Assembly: GCA_003170475.1 (NCBI GenBank)
Contig: PMZI01000016.1
Coordinates: 9,165 to 73,164 of the forward strand
Length of the DNA stretch: 64,000 bases
DNA from: Ignavibacteriota bacterium
Lineage (GTDB): Bacteria > Bacteroidota > Ignavibacteria > UBA10030
Direction: 5' to 3'
The notes under the pieces are model-generated. The model saw only the letters and a list, made by a program, of their open reading frames with translations. It was not told where the DNA came from and did no database searches. Shown here one piece after another: positions 39,846 through 48,871 of the stretch; the first letter of the stretch is position 1, and each line of letters opens with the position of its first letter. Both the position numbers and the translations under genes were made by a program.

Positions 39846-42800
39846 TTTACGACTGCAATCTTGATGATCGCCACGTGGCTGCCGCTCCCCCCCGTCGCTT
39901 CAATACGCGCAAGGTACACTCCGCTCTGCATACCGGAAACATCCCACGTCACTTCTCCGTCGAGGCCAGCTTTGGACTGCCCGTGAAGCTCTGTGATCTT
40001 CATCCCCGCCAGATCGAACACTTTGATGGAGATGGACGCATCCTCAGGCGTGTAGTAACGGATCTGCGTTGATGATCCGCGAACAGGATTCGGCCAGTTG
40101 TAGACTCGATCTGAAGGCAGATATGCCGTTGAGGGAGTAACAGTCACCGGAATGAGTGGATCGTTGCTTGAATGGCGACCGTCCCTGAGATATTGCGACC
40201 AGGAAAAACTCTGCGCGCCGTACGGGTTATTGATCTCAATCGCCTGGAGTACACCCGAGGTCGTCATTCCTGCAATTCCAATGTTTGCGGCGGAACTTAG
40301 AAAAGAAGCCACAAGCGTTCGGCCGATCGGCGCGAATTGAACGGGGAATCCTTCAACAGCACCGCCGGTTCTATCATACGCCATGATGTCCCCAGTGCTC
40401 ATTGCGACAAGAATGTCAGGTTTTTTATCTCCGTTCACATCCCCCACAAGCAGGTTTCCGGCAAATGTCTTTGTCGTTGGAGCAGAAACCGGGAAACCGG
40501 CCAGCGATGCACCGAGACGATTGAGAGCATAGATCTTGTCCTCAGTCACAAACACGATATCCTTCTGACCGTCTCCATCAATATCTGTGGAGAGCAGATC
40601 CATAATGGCACCGGAGGCGATGGTCGTTTCGAGGAATTTTTGTGATAGATCACGGCTGAACGCAAGAACTTTCTTCCCGCCAAGTTGAGCAACCGCGACC
40701 AAATCCACAGGCGGTCCCTGCACGCCGACCGCAATCCATGGGAGGCTCGAATCGCCAAGTGCGACAGAGGATTGTCCGCTGTAGAGACGACCGCCGCATG
40801 TGAAGTACAATGCCGCCGGACTTGACAGCGAAGGGGAAGAAAGTTGTGTCAGCGAACTGACAGGGCTCGATGAAACGACGATTTTGTTCTGCAGAGCGCC
40901 GCCGTAGGAGTAAGACCAGACCGTGCCGCGGCTGGTTCCGACCACGATAGAGGATGCAAGGCTCAGATCAGCAAACATCGCCGGAGTCGTGATACGGTCT
41001 CCGAGTGGAACAGCCGAGCTTCTGACGCTGTCGATCTGTGCATCCGGGGTTTTGGAGTACGCGTTCAGAATGTAGAGGGTACTGTCTTGCGAACCCGCAA
41101 TGACGATCGAGCTGCCGAGATCTGTCGCTGCGAGAGAGAATCCTCCCCCCTTCGAAAACAAGAGACCGGTCGTATCCTTCGTCTTGCTGCTTCCATCTGA
41201 TCGGAACGCCAGAACAGTACCATCGAGTCCGACGAAAACGGTAGAAGAGACAACGCTCGGCGCTGTGGCGCCCTTCTTTACCGAAAGCCTTCTCGAAAAG
41301 GCCGGGATTCTTTTCACCTGATTGTCGCCGATAACGATGGTGGCTGTCATGTGCGGCGACCGCTTGCTGAATCCACGCGCCGTCACGAGACTCGCCGCTC
41401 CGCTGTAACTCCGGCTGTTCGGATTCGAATTCTGATCGAAGACATTCTTGTAGATATTCAGCGTATCCTTGCCGACGACGTAGAGAACCGCATTCCCGTC
41501 GAACCAGAAATCCAGCGGCCAGCCCAGTTCCGTCCCCGACCCGGGATCGGAGAACTGACTGTAGACGCGGCCGATGTCCTGTGATCCGTCGGCTTCTTCG
41601 AGCGACACGCCGCGATGAGCCGGATCAGCGTTCACGGTATTGTCCGCCATCCCACGCGCAATGACGTCTTCGTCGATATGCCAGATAAGAATACCGCCAC
41701 CGCGAAGCGTATCACTTTGAAGCGCATACCCCGGAAGCGCCCAGTCGAAATCCTCGACGTCTATGACCGAGCCGGAGATGGAACTCACATCCGCGTAATT
41801 GAACCCGTTGCTGTCTGTCGTAAACGATCGGGTGAAGGTCGAATTTCCTTTTCGCACGGTCAGCCGCTGGCCATTCTGATATGGATCACGGCTTCGGTTT
41901 TCAATAAGAAAGTACTCACGATCCGTGATGGGAATCTTGTAGACCGTGTCCCGGCCTGTCTTAAGTCCGACAGCCGGCAAGGAGATCGTGGATGTTCCGG
42001 CCGGCACCACAATTGGTGTCACCCATCCGAGAAAGATTTTTTCCCAGGCGGATGGTTCCGGCGGGAACAACCCTGAATAAAAGCTCAGGTTTCCCGCAGG
42101 ATCCATTAATCCGAAATCGCCGATGCCGGCCAATCCAGTCTTCGTGTCAAAGAGATCGGGTAATCCGAGATAGCTGCCGAACGAATTTGCAACCAAGCCA
42201 TTGATACTTTCCTGAATCGTATCGGCCGATAATCCGGATGTAATAATCCGTGACTCCGTTTCCGGCAGGAGGAGCGTATTGGTGATTTGGAATGAGCCTT
42301 TGCTGACAGCAACACCGGCGAAACTCGCATCGCCGAGATACTTGCGAAAGGTCGAGAGATTGAATGTAATGGATGGAATATCGTACGGTGCAGGATCATA
42401 GCCGTAGCGCGACACAACATCGATATCTCTTCCGATGCCGGCGTGGAAGATGATGAACGCGTCATACTTCGCAAACTGGATGGACGGATAGAGTGAATCC
42501 GCTCGATGCCAACTCTCCGTGACAAGGTTTGCAAGAAGTCTGTCATTGCTTCCGTCTTTCGGCGGAGAGTACCGGGCCATCGTATCTGAAAGCGTGATGA
42601 CGCGACCGAACACCTCACCCTTGATATTCAGCTTGCCGTTGGAGACTTTCCGGAAGTAGTTCGAAAGGAAAACCAGTTTGTAAGCGAAGTAGGCTGAGTC
42701 GTGCGGTGCCGGATCGATTGCGTTCGGCCATACCGACCCGTCAAGCTGAAATCGACCCGCGCCCGAGGTCAAAGGATCTTTGTCAGTCTGGAAATCAACC

Positions 42801-42994
42801 ATCACCGCCAGAACCCTCAGGGTATCCTGGCTCCCGAGGGTTCGGACGAACATGTTGGATGCGGATTGATCCACTCGGGCGTGCTGGAGGCTCATCACTG
42901 CCCCGCCGACCTTTGCCATTTGCAGAGGTCGCACCTGACCAAATGCCGAGGTGCCGCAAAGAATGAGCCAAACAACGAGGCGACGTACTGGCAT
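39842..42994 (-). CDS. 1050-aa secreted FG-GAP/VCBS-repeat protein with C-terminal T9SS sorting domain (T9SS cargo)
   Basis: Signal peptide. FG-GAP-like Ca-binding loops 'DIDGDGQKDIVFV' and 'GDVNGDKKPDILVAMSTGD'. C-terminal 'NWPNPVRGSSTQIRYYTPEDASISIKVFDLAGMKITELHG...GEVTWDVSGMQSGVYLARIEA...IKIAVVK' is a type-A T9SS CTD. Confidence 0.65.
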   Translation of the reverse strand: MPVRRLVVWLILCGTSAFGQVRPLQMAKVGGAVMSLQHARVDQSASNMFVRTLGSQDTLRVLAVMVDFQTDKDPLTSGAGRFQLDGSVWPNAIDPAPHDSAYFAYKLVFLSNYFRKVSNGKLNIKGEVFGRVITLSDTMARYSPPKDGSNDRLLANLVTESWHRADSLYPSIQFAKYDAFIIFHAGIGRDIDVVSRYGYDPAPYDIPSITFNLSTFRKYLGDASFAGVAVSKGSFQITNTLLLPETESRIITSGLSADTIQESINGLVANSFGSYLGLPDLFDTKTGLAGIGDFGLMDPAGNLSFYSGLFPPEPSAWEKIFLGWVTPIVVPAGTSTISLPAVGLKTGRDTVYKIPITDREYFLIENRSRDPYQNGQRLTVRKGNSTFTRSFTTDSNGFNYADVSSISGSVIDVEDFDWALPGYALQSDTLRGGGILIWHIDEDVIARGMADNTVNADPAHRGVSLEEADGSQDIGRVYSQFSDPGSGTELGWPLDFWFDGNAVLYVVGKDTLNIYKNVFDQNSNPNSRSYSGAASLVTARGFSKRSPHMTATIVIGDNQVKRIPAFSRRLSVKKGATAPSVVSSTVFVGLDGTVLAFRSDGSSKTKDTTGLLFSKGGGFSLAATDLGSSIVIAGSQDSTLYILNAYSKTPDAQIDSVRSSAVPLGDRITTPAMFADLSLASSIVVGTSRGTVWSYSYGGALQNKIVVSSSPVSSLTQLSSPSLSSPAALYFTCGGRLYSGQSSVALGDSSLPWIAVGVQGPPVDLVAVAQLGGKKVLAFSRDLSQKFLETTIASGAIMDLLSTDIDGDGQKDIVFVTEDKIYALNRLGASLAGFPVSAPTTKTFAGNLLVGDVNGDKKPDILVAMSTGDIMAYDRTGGAVEGFPVQFAPIGRTLVASFLSSAANIGIAGMTTSGVLQAIEINNPYGAQSFSWSQYLRDGRHSSNDPLIPVTVTPSTAYLPSDRVYNWPNPVRGSSTQIRYYTPEDASISIKVFDLAGMKITELHGQSKAGLDGEVTWDVSGMQSGVYLARIEATGGSGSHVAIIKIAVVK

Positions 42995-43037
42995 GACTCT
43001 CCAGGTTGCTCTGTGAATAGAAAATCCGACGACTCGA

Positions 43038-44180
43038 TTAATTCGTCGGCGTCACTTCAGTTGGTTGAGCTGAAATGCCCCCCCAAGAAATGAGCAACGT
43101 GAATCGCAGCGTATCGCCGAGAGGATGGTTCTGTTCGGACGTGCTGATGTAGCTGAAGTCGAACCCGTAAACGTCGTACCGGATGCCTGCACCGAAGGTC
43201 ATGAACTTTCGATTGCCATATGCCGGATCCTCATAGAAATACCCGCCCCGCAATCCAATCCACCGAGGTGAACCGTACCAGTATTCAAATCCGACACTGG
43301 TGTCAAACTCGCGTAACTCTTCCCGGAATGGCTTGTCGGTCCATGACGTGAAGATCGCTTTGTAGAATGGGTCGCTCGTCCCGTCGCCACGGTTTCGAAC
43401 CAGCAGTTTGTTCACATCGATAATTGCGGTGAGGTTGTTAAACTGACTCGAGATGATCTTGTACCCGATACCAAGACGCAGATTCGTCGGTAGAGGATCC
43501 GCCTGCGCTCGATCGATGTAGCTCATCTGAGGTCCAAGATTGGAGAGATCGAATCCTGCGCTGAAATGTTCTCCAATGTCCAAACCGGTGAAAGGAATTT
43601 CTAGCGTTGTCGGCTTGTAAAGCATACCGACATCGAAACTGAAGTCGGACGAGACGCCTTTTCCCTGCTCTTCGGCAGCTCCAAACGGCGACAAACGACT
43701 GTAGATGAATCGTCCGTTGAGCCCGATGCTGAGCACATCCGACAACTTGGTGGAATACCCGGCGGTGACTGCAAACTCATAGGCCTTGAAGGTCTCCAAG
43801 ACCGTTGGATCGTTCACGGTTCGGTTGAATGTTCCAAGATTCAGGTAAGTAATGCTCGCGCCGATTGTCCCATCCAATTCCGGCATCTGGCGACGATAGG
43901 CGAGATAATCGATGAAAAGGTCGGAGAGGTTGAATGCCGGCAGCCAGTTGGCGTGCGAAATGCTGATTTCCGAACCTTCCTGAAATGCAAGGCCTGCGGG
44001 GTTCCAGTACAGCGCCGTCGCGTCATCCGCAAGAGCCACCCCGGCTTCTCCCATCCCACCGGCGCGGGAGTTTGGCGCGATCAACAGAAACGGAACAGCA
44101 GACGTTGAGACCTGAGCATTCAGCATTTGGGTCCCTGCGAGCAGTAGCACAACCGCACACCCAATGAGTTTCTTTACCAT
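43038..44180 (-). CDS. porV: type IX secretion system outer-membrane shuttle protein PorV (PorV/PorQ, FadL-like barrel)
   Basis: RBS AGGAGG 9 nt before the ATG at 44180 (MVKKLIGCAVVLLLAGTQMLNAQ). N-terminal 'SAVPFLLIAPNSRAGGMGEAGVALADDATALYWNPAGLAF' is the family hallmark. The gene lies immediately downstream of porU, as in Bacteroidota. Confidence 0.65.
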   Translation of the reverse strand: MVKKLIGCAVVLLLAGTQMLNAQVSTSAVPFLLIAPNSRAGGMGEAGVALADDATALYWNPAGLAFQEGSEISISHANWLPAFNLSDLFIDYLAYRRQMPELDGTIGASITYLNLGTFNRTVNDPTVLETFKAYEFAVTAGYSTKLSDVLSIGLNGRFIYSRLSPFGAAEEQGKGVSSDFSFDVGMLYKPTTLEIPFTGLDIGEHFSAGFDLSNLGPQMSYIDRAQADPLPTNLRLGIGYKIISSQFNNLTAIIDVNKLLVRNRGDGTSDPFYKAIFTSWTDKPFREELREFDTSVGFEYWYGSPRWIGLRGGYFYEDPAYGNRKFMTFGAGIRYDVYGFDFSYISTSEQNHPLGDTLRFTLLISWGGISAQPTEVTPTN

Positions 44181-44329
44181 GACAAACATCCTCCTAGAAA
44201 AATGGAATCTCCGAAACAGCTCAATCGGAGTAAGTAAGTTACTCGCTTTTAACCTAATTTTCAACCGACTCCAGAGCCATCCAGGAAGGAGACTCCGGGA
44301 AGAAACCAAATACTTTTGACCTACATGGG

Positions 44330-47300
44330 TTATCGAAGGACTGCCAGTTTTCCTATCACTTCGCTTGTTGATGTTCGGTCGAGCGATTTTGCGATCACTC
44401 GGTACAAATACACGCCATTCGCCAACTCACTTCCGTCACGGTCCCGCCCATCCCATGGAATCTGCACAAACCGATCGACGATGGATGACGCCTCAAGAGT
44501 CTGAATCAATCGCCCGGCAACCGTGTACACTTTGATTTCGATGTCGATCGGATCACTGGAAGTCCGTTGAAATGTGAACGTCGTCGTGCGCGCAAAGGGA
44601 TTCGGGACATTGAAGACATTATAAAGAGAAAGCTGGGACGACGCCCGGACTTCGAAGAACGCTTCGGCAGATGACGAGTTGTTGTAAATGTCCCATGCCT
44701 TTACAGAGATCGTGTGACGTCCTTCAGGAAGAGCGGTGAACTGATAGCGAATCTGTCCGCTTTGATAGGTGTCGAGGTTTCCGCGATAGGAACCCGTCAG
44801 GTCAATCGTATTCTTGGAAGCATCGAGAACCGCTTCGAGCTTGTGGCCGATCCCTGCCGTCGACGTATTGATGCCGCTGCTGTCGGCAAGATCGACGATC
44901 ATCGTCGCATCCGGGGAAATGACTCCGCCGGCGTGAGCTGTCTGGTCGTCGAAATAGATCTTGACGCTCGGGCCGGTCGTGTCAACGACCGCGACTGACG
45001 TTCCCGTGATCGAGAAGTTTTCGGTGTATCCAACAGCATCTGTTGAATCGTTGGACGCGTAGAGCGAGATCCTCGAGCGATCATTTCCGTAGGAGACATC
45101 CTTTGGAATGGGGAATGTCCCCTGCACCTGACCATTGCGTACGGATACCTGACCGCGGTAAATGAGGCTGCCGTTCACCACGAAGGAGTAGTCTCCCCAC
45201 TCGGGAACGAGCACTTTCCTTTTCGAATCATACACCTCGAGTAACGACTGGCCGCGGAGAGAAATCGGGGTTGATCCGTCGGACTTTTTCACGCTCCCGA
45301 GGACCTTGACTTTCGAAAGCGCCCCTGCGGTGACGAGCGATGTCGCTGATTGTCCGTTGACGCTATCGATGGACACAATGCCCCGCGGAACTGCGAGCCG
45401 CATCGTAGGATCTCCCAGAAGGTGATGCTTCTGGTCGTTCGTGCTGTTCAGCGTTTGCTTCGTCTGCCACATCGCGTCCCCAAGCCGCACCGGCTTGCCC
45501 TGAGCATCCACTTTGAGAAGATTGTCGTAGAGTGCCCAGTTCAATATTGCATTGTCACCTGAATACACAACCCGGTCTGGTGTCACCTCGGCAATGGCAC
45601 CGCGGTCGGACATCAACAGCAATTGCTCCCCGCCGCTTGCATCAGAGGCGCTGGTTGGAAAATCATAGCGGGCAAAATCACAAGTCGCCGCGACCAGAAA
45701 AAACAGCTTTCCTTTGTTGTTGAGGAGGGGGAAATCCTGATCAACCGAGAAGACCTTCTCATGCGCCCATTGCTGGGTGTTACCGTGGCCGGTCCAGTTC
45801 AGGATCACCGTGCCTGTGTTGATCGCTTCATCAATCGCCTGGTTCGCCGTGGGCTTCGTGCGTCCCGTTGTTGTATTCACAGTAGGATATTCGACTATAA
45901 AGATCTTGTCCTTCGTGAAACTGTCGGATGTGTGTATTTGCGCCAGCACTTCCGACTGGTCCGTATGGATATTGCCGTCATCCCCTGTCGAAGTCAGTCC
46001 GTCATCTGCAGCAAACGTTATCCGGTTTCTCCACGAGTCGAATACTGGATTGGATTCATAAGAGAGAATCTTGTTGACAACTGTTTGTGCATCGGTGAGC
46101 GACCTGATTGGCAGGCGGCCAATCTTCATCGAAATCGTCTGAGTGTTGGGATCAAGGAAAACAAAGTAATCATCGCTGGCCAGTGTGAGAATCTGGATAT
46201 TCGATTCCAGCGTCTCATACGGCGGGACCCAGTTCGTCGCGCTCGTCTTGATGTTCTTGTAGTCATAGTTTCCAGCCCCGAAGAGAAGGACATACTGCGG
46301 CTGGAGCTTCCACGCGGTCTGTGTGTATTTCAGAAAGTCGCGGATTGCCATCGGATCCGGGTTCCCGGAAGAAAACTCATTGTAGACCTGATCGAGATTG
46401 ATGACCGAAACCGTCATTTGATCGGTCTGTTCGCGATGGGTCTTCAAGCGTTGCGCTTCGCTGGAAAAATCCGGCGGCGTCAGGATGATGAAATCCGCTC
46501 CTGCGGTGCTGCCGTGAAGATTTGAATTCGAAATTCGTTTCACATTGGCCGCCGTTTTGTACCCCTTCGGACCCGCCACAAAAAGTTCACGGATGGAACC
46601 GCTCGTCTGGCCCAGCTGAAACCGCACGATAGATGCGTCTGCTGCATCGAAGGCAAGGTTGGTAATTTGCTTCACGGCGTTATGCTGCGTCACATCGAAG
46701 ACGTAGACATCTCTCGATGAGAAACCCGACGCCTCATAGTTGATCACAGCGTTTGTGTCCGGCGAAACAATGAGCAAGGAATCGTTCACTGCCGCGAGAC
46801 GGCTGCGGAAGAGAATCTCGAACCAATCCAGCCAACCCAGTGCGGCCTGATTGCCCGTTCCGAACTGAATTCGCAGCAGACTTCGGTCATTGGGGAGCGC
46901 TCCGATACGATTGAACTCGAACATCGGAGCCCGATAGGCATATTCTTGTTCGATGGAGGACAGGTCGACGGAATACATCTGCATCGGCAATCCCAGGGGC
47001 TGGCCGTTCTCGAGCACAGTGAAAGTATCTGCGGATGCAGATCGGCTATACATGGCAAACCGATACGTTATCGGCTTCGTAGAAACGACACCGGAAAGAC
47101 TGTTTGTGAAGGACTGATAGTTCTGATAGAAGTCAAATGATTCTCCCACCCACTCGCGGCCAGAGTTTACGAAATTGACCTTCTCATGTTCGACGAAAAT
47201 CTTTGCCTGAGTGTCCGTCGGTTTGTAGCCGCCGGCAACGCTTGTGGAAGAAACTGAATCCATGTTCTTCCCGCGTCCAGATCCGCCGAAGGTCAGGAAG

Positions 47301-48316
47301 TAGACATTTGATTCGGTGTAATGGTTGAGATAATGATTGAAGGTCTTGTCCGTCGGCGAATAGTTCCATCCCCGCGGGGATTTTCCGTAGAAGAGCACGA
47401 AGTCATCCGCATCCAGAACACCGTTTCCGTTTTTGTCCACCACCAGGCGAGGAATTTCCACATTTCCGTTTGGCCGCGCGGCATTCAAGTCTTCCGGAAG
47501 TTCCTGCCCATCGTTGCCGAATATCCTGATGGAATTAATGTTGCCAATCGCACTGGAAGAGATACCGGACTTCGTGAGAAATGTCTGATCGATTCGATAG
47601 ATACCAGTCTCCGTAACTTCCATCCTGTACCAATCCCCTTGAGCCAGCGGCGAATCGGATGCAAGGATCTGAGCTACCGTCGCTTCGGTCTTAAGCAGTT
47701 GCGAAGGGAATCGATTCTTCAAGAACGCTGAAGCGACCGGTGACGTGGAGCGACTGCCAGCGAAGTCAATTCGGACGACCATTCTGCGAAAGACCCGGAC
47801 TTCGTTTCTGCTGAGCGAGAACTGCACTGGATACATCTTCAATGTCCCGAGGAGCACACCTCTGGAGAGGCTGACATTCGTCACTTCGACACTCTGGTTC
47901 GGAACTCGGTCGGCAACGAGGTATTTCGGCTTCGGCGAAGAATAGACCGGACTCAGACCGAATCCCTTGAGAGCCTGCAACGACGGACGAGTCGCTGCCT
48001 TTGTCGATGGAAGGTCGTCGAAGTCCTGGGCAATCACCTCCACTGAATACCGGCGCGACGGCAATTGAAGCAGCACCGGCCGGAACGGCACAAGAGGCGA
48101 ACCCGGCTCACTCGGAACGAACACGGCGCCCTGGAACTCAAAGCGTGTGTATTTGACGCCATCCGTGCCGGACACAACCGAATTGGCATAGTGCGGCGTG
48201 AACTCAATCACGATCGAATTCGGGGTCTCGCTGATAACGCGAAGATCAGCCGGCGTTTGAGCGCCAGCGCTCGCAACAACCAGGAGACTGAGCAATATGA
48301 ACGGGATAGGTCTCAT
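44330..48316 (-). CDS. porU: type IX secretion system sortase PorU (gingipain/C25-family peptidase-like) retaining its own T9SS CTD
   Basis: 1328 aa from the signal-peptide Met (MRPIPFILLSLLVVASAGAQ). C-terminal 'VPNPFARTTTFTFQRT...IEIKVYTVAGRLIQTL...WDGRDRDGSELANGVYLYRVIA' is a T9SS CTD. Size, the CTD and the porU-porV synteny support the call. The catalytic Cys/His were not identified by eye. Confidence 0.55.
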   Translation of the reverse strand: MRPIPFILLSLLVVASAGAQTPADLRVISETPNSIVIEFTPHYANSVVSGTDGVKYTRFEFQGAVFVPSEPGSPLVPFRPVLLQLPSRRYSVEVIAQDFDDLPSTKAATRPSLQALKGFGLSPVYSSPKPKYLVADRVPNQSVEVTNVSLSRGVLLGTLKMYPVQFSLSRNEVRVFRRMVVRIDFAGSRSTSPVASAFLKNRFPSQLLKTEATVAQILASDSPLAQGDWYRMEVTETGIYRIDQTFLTKSGISSSAIGNINSIRIFGNDGQELPEDLNAARPNGNVEIPRLVVDKNGNGVLDADDFVLFYGKSPRGWNYSPTDKTFNHYLNHYTESNVYFLTFGGSGRGKNMDSVSSTSVAGGYKPTDTQAKIFVEHEKVNFVNSGREWVGESFDFYQNYQSFTNSLSGVVSTKPITYRFAMYSRSASADTFTVLENGQPLGLPMQMYSVDLSSIEQEYAYRAPMFEFNRIGALPNDRSLLRIQFGTGNQAALGWLDWFEILFRSRLAAVNDSLLIVSPDTNAVINYEASGFSSRDVYVFDVTQHNAVKQITNLAFDAADASIVRFQLGQTSGSIRELFVAGPKGYKTAANVKRISNSNLHGSTAGADFIILTPPDFSSEAQRLKTHREQTDQMTVSVINLDQVYNEFSSGNPDPMAIRDFLKYTQTAWKLQPQYVLLFGAGNYDYKNIKTSATNWVPPYETLESNIQILTLASDDYFVFLDPNTQTISMKIGRLPIRSLTDAQTVVNKILSYESNPVFDSWRNRITFAADDGLTSTGDDGNIHTDQSEVLAQIHTSDSFTKDKIFIVEYPTVNTTTGRTKPTANQAIDEAINTGTVILNWTGHGNTQQWAHEKVFSVDQDFPLLNNKGKLFFLVAATCDFARYDFPTSASDASGGEQLLLMSDRGAIAEVTPDRVVYSGDNAILNWALYDNLLKVDAQGKPVRLGDAMWQTKQTLNSTNDQKHHLLGDPTMRLAVPRGIVSIDSVNGQSATSLVTAGALSKVKVLGSVKKSDGSTPISLRGQSLLEVYDSKRKVLVPEWGDYSFVVNGSLIYRGQVSVRNGQVQGTFPIPKDVSYGNDRSRISLYASNDSTDAVGYTENFSITGTSVAVVDTTGPSVKIYFDDQTAHAGGVISPDATMIVDLADSSGINTSTAGIGHKLEAVLDASKNTIDLTGSYRGNLDTYQSGQIRYQFTALPEGRHTISVKAWDIYNNSSSAEAFFEVRASSQLSLYNVFNVPNPFARTTTFTFQRTSSDPIDIEIKVYTVAGRLIQTLEASSIVDRFVQIPWDGRDRDGSELANGVYLYRVIAKSLDRTSTSEVIGKLAVLR

Positions 48317-48871
48317 AGAAACGAAAAAAGCCGAACGAGAGGAACATGCCTTCTCATCCGGCCACATAGTACGGGAGAACACCGAATTTGAAAAAGGCTT
48401 GTTCACGTATGGAACTTAGCGTCTGAACAGCAATGCTGTCGACCTGCTCAGAAACTAACCTTTAACAAACTCGCTATACGCTCTCCTCATCCTGAAATTT
48501 GATGGTGTAATATAGAAACGTTCCAAGCGAGAGTCAAGACCTTTTTGAGAACGCCTGCTTACGATCAATCGATTCCCAGTTCCCCCGCTGGAGTCTGACC
48601 GCTGAATCGTCATGGCTCTCATGCGCAGAGTGACAAGAGACAACCCGGGAATTCCGCTGAGCCTCTGCAAGCCGTGGCACGACAGTGTCGACTCAACCGA
48701 TGGGTCTCAGAAATTCCCCAGTTCAGAAATCCAAACACGGAGAAGTCGTTTCTAACTCAACAGAGATGAGTATTGGCGACGCCGAGCAACCAAATCCTTT
48801 TTTGATTGCGTATCTGGCAAATCTTGAGTAAATTTACTCGGTTTTCTACTATTTTCCTCAAATGGGGCTCA

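Noticed and set aside
45623-46525. 300-aa plus-strand ORF inside porU, and similar antisense ORFs inside uvrA (31738..32253), DUF4097 (29149..29754) and glgA (49622..50317)
   Set aside because: All lie within strongly supported genes on the opposite strand and show Arg-rich, low-complexity translations with no signal peptides or motifs.
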